A stretch of 64,000 nucleotides of DNA, from assembly GCA_049966015.1 (NCBI GenBank), contig JBMFVL010000001.1:6000-69999 (forward strand), in the 5' to 3' direction. This DNA comes from Thermoplasmata archaeon (GTDB lineage: Archaea > Thermoplasmatota > Thermoplasmata > Lutacidiplasmatales > JAMCUS01). Below the pieces are notes generated by a model that worked only from the letters and a program-made list of their open reading frames with translations, was not told the DNA's origin and did no database searches. Shown one piece after another: positions 58,574 to 64,000 of the stretch. A program made the position numbers and the translations under genes. Every line of letters starts with the position of its first letter. Position 1 is the first letter of the stretch.

Positions 58574-58807
58574 TCATTCTACCTTTCTAATCTGTGCTTT
58601 GTAAGGGGAATCTTTGCTGAAAACTGGCAATTTAACCAAATCATGTGGCGATAGTGTTTCACTTTCTATAAACAAAGTAGCAATACCATCGTCAAGGGAA
58701 ACATTAACCTCTTTCGCACCGGCTTTCTCTAGATTGCTTTTCACAGTGTAAACACAATCCTCGCATGTCATACCAAAAATTTTCAATGTTACTTTATGAA
58801 CATTCAT
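58574..58807 (-). CDS. Heavy-metal-associated (HMA) domain protein (MerP/NmerA-like metallochaperone)
   Basis: GMTCEDC metal-binding motif; 77 aa; 3 bp upstream of merA on the same strand. Confidence 0.65.
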   Translation of the reverse strand: MNVHKVTLKIFGMTCEDCVYTVKSNLEKAGAKEVNVSLDDGIATLFIESETLSPHDLVKLPVFSKDSPYKAQIRKVE

Positions 58808-58943
58808 AGAAAGTTTATTTTGAAATAATATATAAAGATTACGTATTTATATATACATTTAAATTAAAATATTCAACATAAAATTTTGCAGATATTTGCT
58901 ATCATTATAGAAATCATTTTAATTTAGAATCGCGATATAGCAA

Positions 58944-59996
58944 ATGGATTCAAATATAATAAAAACTCAAAAAGTTTGGTGTTATGATAAAAATCCATTT
59001 AAAAAAGGTGTAAAAATGTCTAAGAGATATAATAAGAAAAAAGGGGATTTGCCAGAAAAGATGGACATAAAAGATCTTCTTTATAAAAAATGGGCATCGG
59101 AAAAGGATTCTGCTGCAATTGAAAGATTTTTGGATGAAACATCACCTAAATCTGATAATGAGCTAAAAGAAATATTGGAAGGATTTTATACCAATAAAAG
59201 TAAATATGCTTTGAAAAGGGAACTTACTCCAGCAGAAAAAGCACAAAACCTTATGTATGATGCATGGGCTGAGCCAGACAAGAAAAAAAGAATTAAAATG
59301 GCAAAAAAAGCACTTGAAATATCCCAGGACTGCCCAGATGCATATTATCTTTTAGCAGAATATTCTGATGATGTTAAAGAGGCTGAGGCTTTTTTTGAAA
59401 AGGGGGTCAAGGCAGGGGAAAGATTACTAGGAGAAGATTTCATAAAAAGCAAGGAAGGCAATTTTTGGAAGATTGTCAGGACTAGACCATATATGCGTGC
59501 ACTTTTTGGATATGCAAATGCATTATCATTTCAAGGTAAAAGGGAGGAAGCAATTAAAGTATATCAACGTATGTTAACCCTTAACCCTTCCGATAATCAG
59601 GGTGCTAGGTATCAGCTGCTTATAGAGTTAATGAGAGCTGGAATGAAAGACAAAGTAGAGGAATTATTCAAGAAGTATGAAGATGAGGGGGCTCCTGATT
59701 GGTTGTACAATAAAGCTCTCTGGAACTATATCGTTAATGGGGATACCCCAGATTCTGAAAAACTTTTGGAAGATGCCTTGAATTCTAATCCTTATTTCAT
59801 TGTATACATGGCAGGGATTAAAAAATTACCTCGTACAATTCCTAAAAATATTAACAATGCTAAAGAAAGCGAAGCTGTTTCATATATCTATTCTACATAC
59901 GATATTTGGAACAATGCAAAAGGTGCATGGGAGTGGTTGCTTAAAACTTCTTCAAATATACTGAACGAAAAGTATGGAAAGGATGTAAAACATTAG
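58944..59996 (+). CDS. Hypothetical TPR-like helical protein
   Basis: Repeated helical-hairpin pattern (AYYLLAEYS ... EEAIKVYQRMLTLNPSDNQGARYQL). Confidence 0.35.
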   Translation: MDSNIIKTQKVWCYDKNPFKKGVKMSKRYNKKKGDLPEKMDIKDLLYKKWASEKDSAAIERFLDETSPKSDNELKEILEGFYTNKSKYALKRELTPAEKAQNLMYDAWAEPDKKKRIKMAKKALEISQDCPDAYYLLAEYSDDVKEAEAFFEKGVKAGERLLGEDFIKSKEGNFWKIVRTRPYMRALFGYANALSFQGKREEAIKVYQRMLTLNPSDNQGARYQLLIELMRAGMKDKVEELFKKYEDEGAPDWLYNKALWNYIVNGDTPDSEKLLEDALNSNPYFIVYMAGIKKLPRTIPKNINNAKESEAVSYIYSTYDIWNNAKGAWEWLLKTSSNILNEKYGKDVKH

Positions 59997-60003
59997 CCAT
60001 ATT

Positions 60004-61812
60004 TTATTTAAATTTATTGAAAAAAGATACAGTTTCATTGAACTGCCTTACTATATGCTCTTTTTCCCTGAACCCATGCTTTTCCCTTGGAAATACTATT
60101 AAGTGTACCTCTTTACCTTTTTCTTTGAGAAATCTGTAATATTCGTAGTACTGTCCTATAGGTACATAGGGATCGTTTATTCCGTGCATTAATAGTATTG
60201 GTGTTTTTATATCGTGTTTTATGTGTATAGGGGAATATTCTATATATTTATTAAAATTATAGGGGTCATCATCTAGATGTATTTTGTCCCATTCATATAA
60301 ATTGCTTGTTCCATGAAAACTCAGCCAATTTGATATACCGAATAGGGATACAGATGCCTTGAATATATCCGTTTTTACTATTGCAAGTGCAGATATGTAT
60401 CCACCGTAAGATCCACCGGTTATGTACAACCTATCAGTTTTTACTTTTCCAGATCTTTTTATATATTCAATCCCAGAGATTATATCCTCAAAGTCTTTTC
60501 CTCCCAGATCACCCCTGTTAGATTCTGCATATTTCCTTCCCTTACCTACACTACCCCTGTAATTAGGCATAAAAACAGAGAATCCTTTGCCCATATATAT
60601 TGAGGTCCTATCCAAAAAGGAGGAATAAGAAAAAGATGTGGGACCGCCATGCACGTATACAATCAATGGGTCATCTGGATTTTTTACTCTTAATATGCCA
60701 TAGCATTTAAGGCCGTCGATGCTCTGCCACTCAACTATTTCAGAGGGGTAAGATTCTAGTTCTTTGAGAGATTCATTGATGTTGGACCTTTTTTCTTTTT
60801 CAGAAATTATAAAAATTTCAGGGGGGAGAGCATCGCTGGAATAGGAAAATGCAATCGTATTCTGTTCTATTGAAAATGAAGGAGAATATACTGGATATAC
60901 TATCCCCTTCCCTTTCCATAAAATTTTTTTTGTGCTTAAATTTACAATAGAAAAAGTCGTTTTTTCATTTTTTAATGCAACAATGCTTTCCCCATCTATT
61001 GTTTTTGAAAACTCTACATGTGAAAAGCTTGCTTCTTCCCCTTCAGTTATGTTTTCTGGTTTGTCACCATTTAGAAGTATTATATCCCCCGAAACTACAT
61101 CCCTATCGCTCATTATAGATTCAATGAAGACAATTTGATTTTCTTTTGAAATCTTCACTTTCCCTATTTGCCTAAAACCTGGTTCATAAAGGATTTCATA
61201 TCTCCCATCCATTTCAATTCTAGCCAATTTAGTTTTATACCAATAACTTTCCTGGGGTTTTTCAGATATTACCGCAATTATGTTTTCACCATTTGTGTCA
61301 AATTCCCATATCTGTATTTTGTTTGTGATTTTTTTAATACCGCTTGAAAAATCAATGATATACAGATCATCGTATTCATCAGATTCCTCATAATAATATG
61401 CGTCATCCTCTTTTTCTTCTTTCTTTACATGCCCTGAAAAAAGGATTTTTTCATCGTGCCATTTTGCTGATTCGATTTCACCTGAAAATGTTATTGGCAA
61501 ATTGTTTTTTGTATTTACATTGAAAACATTTATTGTGCTTCCTTCCACATACAGCAATTTTCCATTATGGAATGAAAGGGAATGTATCCCATATCCTTCT
61601 ATTCTTTGTATTTCATTCAACGAAGAATCGTAAACAACAACATAGGTCTTTTCCTTGGTTTTTTTATATTCCCTATAATTATCGGAGAGTATAGCTGCAA
61701 CATATTTCCCAGAATTGCATAAAACTACTTCGTTTATGTTTTTTATGTTTAAATAATCAGTGATTGTTTGATCTTTCATGTTAATAGATTTAATTACCAG
61801 TATTAAAAACAT
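60004..61812 (-). CDS. S9-family serine peptidase (acylaminoacyl-peptidase/dipeptidyl peptidase-like) with an N-terminal beta-propeller
   Basis: C-terminal alpha/beta hydrolase with nucleophile elbow GGSYGGY, the catalytic Asp/His region (HGINDPYVP ... KHGF) and an N-terminal propeller-like region. Confidence 0.7.
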   Translation of the reverse strand: MFLILVIKSINMKDQTITDYLNIKNINEVVLCNSGKYVAAILSDNYREYKKTKEKTYVVVYDSSLNEIQRIEGYGIHSLSFHNGKLLYVEGSTINVFNVNTKNNLPITFSGEIESAKWHDEKILFSGHVKKEEKEDDAYYYEESDEYDDLYIIDFSSGIKKITNKIQIWEFDTNGENIIAVISEKPQESYWYKTKLARIEMDGRYEILYEPGFRQIGKVKISKENQIVFIESIMSDRDVVSGDIILLNGDKPENITEGEEASFSHVEFSKTIDGESIVALKNEKTTFSIVNLSTKKILWKGKGIVYPVYSPSFSIEQNTIAFSYSSDALPPEIFIISEKEKRSNINESLKELESYPSEIVEWQSIDGLKCYGILRVKNPDDPLIVYVHGGPTSFSYSSFLDRTSIYMGKGFSVFMPNYRGSVGKGRKYAESNRGDLGGKDFEDIISGIEYIKRSGKVKTDRLYITGGSYGGYISALAIVKTDIFKASVSLFGISNWLSFHGTSNLYEWDKIHLDDDPYNFNKYIEYSPIHIKHDIKTPILLMHGINDPYVPIGQYYEYYRFLKEKGKEVHLIVFPREKHGFREKEHIVRQFNETVSFFNKFK

Positions 61813-61844
61813 TCTGCAATAAAATTTTTATATTCACGTAGTTA

Positions 61845-62999
61845 TTATTTCATTTTTTTTCTAAATAATATATAATATAACAACGGGTCCAAGAGGTTTA
61901 TTGCGCCTCCTAACATGGGTGGTAAATCTATGCTATATGCCATCATATTGCCAGCAATGGGAGGAGAGAGTGCGGAAAAACCAGTCCTGGTAAAGGAAGT
62001 TGCACCCGAAGTTGTTGCACGTTCGCTTTCATCTACAATCCCCATGGAAAAGGATTGCCTAACAGGAACCGCACCCATTTGGAATCCATTCCTTAAAACG
62101 AACAAGAAAGCAGTAAGATACAGCAAGGGGCTTAAAGCTATTAAAATAAGGGAGATAGAGGATATTACCCTAGACCAAACAATCGTTTTAAGTTCATTCT
62201 CCTTTTTTATGATTATGGGAATAAGTAACATCATTATGGTTGTAAAAATATTTGCAACCCCAAATATTATTCCTATTTGCCCTGCATTTAAGCCAAATTT
62301 AATATAGAACCATAACGAAAAAATCGGACCTATCATTCCCGCACCTATACCTGCAGGTATTGTCGGGAGGGATAATTTTATTATGTTTTTCCACGACATT
62401 TTTGGCAGAATATGTTTGCTTCTGAGCATGGTATCTTTGATAAGCATTGTAATACCTGCACCTATAATACCTAATAAAGATGCCAAATAAAAAAGCAAAA
62501 ATACATTGATTTTTAAAAGGTCAAAAACACTTATAGTAAAAGCCCCAATAACACTGGATATCATTCCTATAGCGGAAGCCATGCCCAGCACGCGTGAAAA
62601 GTTTTCCCTTTTTGTGTATTCAGTAACCATAGCGCTTTGGATAGCCCCAAAGGGACCGCCTGAACCAATCGGGCCACCACCCGAACCGGTAAATCCACCA
62701 AATCCAGATAGTAGAGAAAGCATCAGGAGGTTATTTGTCTTCAGAAATAAAAAGGAGGATATTCCAAATAATATAAAAAGAATAAAAAGTACTTTTTTTC
62801 TACCGTAATGATCGGCAATCATGGAAAGAACCAGGGCAAGTGATGCATTAAGTATTATTGCAGCCCCAAGTATTATTCCTATAAATAGATAGGAATATCC
62901 TATTGATTTTAAATATATACTTAGCAATACGTTGAGAAAGCCGTAACTATAGCTCAGCAACGCTCTTGCGCCAATGATCTTTTTTACGTTGCCATCCAT
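61845..62999 (-). CDS. MFS transporter
   Basis: Twelve predicted TM helices with a Gly-rich central loop. Confidence 0.55.
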   Translation of the reverse strand: MDGNVKKIIGARALLSYSYGFLNVLLSIYLKSIGYSYLFIGIILGAAIILNASLALVLSMIADHYGRKKVLFILFILFGISSFLFLKTNNLLMLSLLSGFGGFTGSGGGPIGSGGPFGAIQSAMVTEYTKRENFSRVLGMASAIGMISSVIGAFTISVFDLLKINVFLLFYLASLLGIIGAGITMLIKDTMLRSKHILPKMSWKNIIKLSLPTIPAGIGAGMIGPIFSLWFYIKFGLNAGQIGIIFGVANIFTTIMMLLIPIIIKKENELKTIVWSRVISSISLILIALSPLLYLTAFLFVLRNGFQMGAVPVRQSFSMGIVDESERATTSGATSFTRTGFSALSPPIAGNMMAYSIDLPPMLGGAINLLDPLLYYILFRKKMK

Positions 63000-63088
63000 T
63001 TGATCAACTTATTTTGTTAAATATTATAATATAAGGATATTTCAAATCTTTTGATTTGTATAATTTGAACCCATTACTTTCAAAATCC

Positions 63089-63571
63089 TCAATTATGGTT
63101 TCTTTCTTTACGCGCATTGGTGGCCCCAAATAACCTTTTTTCGTTGAAATCCATTATAGCAAAATATTTTTTGGTTATATTGCCTATTGCCTTTATAACA
63201 GATTCCTTGCATCCTTGCCTTGATCCATGGTAAACATTGGACATAAATGTAAGGTCATAACCACCTTCAGAAAAATTGCATAAATTCGCCTTTTTTGTTA
63301 TGATTCCTAGCTTATTAAGTTCAGTGAAGTACGTTGGGTTTATGTCTATTGCGGTAAAAGATTTACCATATTTAAAAAATCCTTTTGAAAAGAACCCATC
63401 ACATCCTAAATCAACAATATCCCACTCTTTTTTAATTTCTAAAAACCCCATAATTTCTTTTATATCATATGCATTTGGACGCATTAAAGCCCCGTACCAG
63501 TGGTGCCTGTGCATTCCATTATGCTGTGCCTCGTTGTTTTCTTTCATACATGTCACCAATAAATATATCAT
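63089..63571 (-). CDS. Small class I SAM-dependent methyltransferase
   Basis: Motif I-like VDLGCDGF; 160 aa. Confidence 0.4.
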   Translation of the reverse strand: MIYLLVTCMKENNEAQHNGMHRHHWYGALMRPNAYDIKEIMGFLEIKKEWDIVDLGCDGFFSKGFFKYGKSFTAIDINPTYFTELNKLGIITKKANLCNFSEGGYDLTFMSNVYHGSRQGCKESVIKAIGNITKKYFAIMDFNEKRLFGATNARKERNHN

Positions 63572-63597
63572 CTATAAGTGACATATATATAAACTAT

Positions 63598-63936
63598 TTA
63601 AGAATTTAGGTTTTCAATATGAGGGATAATATCATCTATCAATTTTTTCATTATCTTGAGCTGATTTTTATGGTTGATCAGAAAATCCTTTCCTTTTTCT
63701 GTTATATAATAAATTTTAATTGCTCTTCCCGTCTCACTTTTTGAATCTTCATTCCTTATGCAACCTTTCCTTTCTAAAGATTTTAGGATTACATAAATCA
63801 TACCCGGAGGCATACGCCCCTCTAACTTTTCAGATATTTTTTTTTCTATTGCATATCCGTGTAAAGGACCATCTACTAACAGCTCCTTTGTAATTAAAAT
63901 AGATATAATGCCCTTTAACATTTTTTCTCTTGTCAT
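63598..63936 (-). CDS. PadR-family transcriptional regulator
   Basis: wHTH region with LHGYAIEKKI ... MIYVILKSLERKG typical of PadR. Confidence 0.7.
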   Translation of the reverse strand: MTREKMLKGIISILITKELLVDGPLHGYAIEKKISEKLEGRMPPGMIYVILKSLERKGCIRNEDSKSETGRAIKIYYITEKGKDFLINHKNQLKIMKKLIDDIIPHIENLNS

Positions 63937-64000
63937 GACTAAAATAATTTATGTTGTTCATGCTATAAATAACTTATCCATTATATGATATTAACATTTT

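Noticed and set aside
1-64000. Window-wide search for a CRISPR array, rRNA genes or IS elements/transposases
   Set aside because: No repeat-spacer periodicity, no rRNA-like conserved blocks, and no transposase- or integrase-like ORFs were detected by eye.

Overview
Low-GC (about one-third G+C by eye) archaeal chromosomal segment, most consistent with a Thermoplasmatales-type euryarchaeon. The basis for that placement is a class II HMG-CoA reductase, an isopentenyl phosphate kinase, a TPP riboswitch in front of a thiamine ABC transporter (a combination otherwise known in Archaea essentially only from Thermoplasmatales), PolB, archaeal TFB, a PAC2 proteasome chaperone, aTrm56, DtdA and several intron-containing tRNAs. 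The window is densely packed with about 60 genes, mostly housekeeping: translation (AspRS, a LeuRS-like protein, MetAP, Sua5, DtdA, aTrm56), DNA replication and repair (PolB, endonuclease V), pyrimidine and purine synthesis (pyrD/pyrK, purS), isoprenoid and lipid metabolism (HMGR, IPK, geranylgeranyl reductase), protein targeting and folding (FtsY, prefoldin alpha, FKBP) and transporters (phosphate, thiamine, MFS). Five tRNA genes are present. tRNA-Trp carries a 76-nt anticodon-loop intron with box C/D-like motifs, and tRNA-Gln and one tRNA-Leu appear to carry short non-canonical insertions in the T-loop. Accessory or unusual content includes a 950-aa STAND-type P-loop NTPase with an N-terminal wHTH/DUF835-like region and C-terminal TPR repeats, and a 1644-aa OppA-like/PKD surface glycoprotein with a C-terminal membrane anchor. 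Also present are an SPFH protein with a double zinc ribbon plus a conserved-looking partner ORF, a merA plus HMA mercury-resistance pair, a class-III-signal pilin-like protein, and a truncated VirB4/HerA-like ATPase at the window edge. No CRISPR array, rRNA or obvious IS element was seen.
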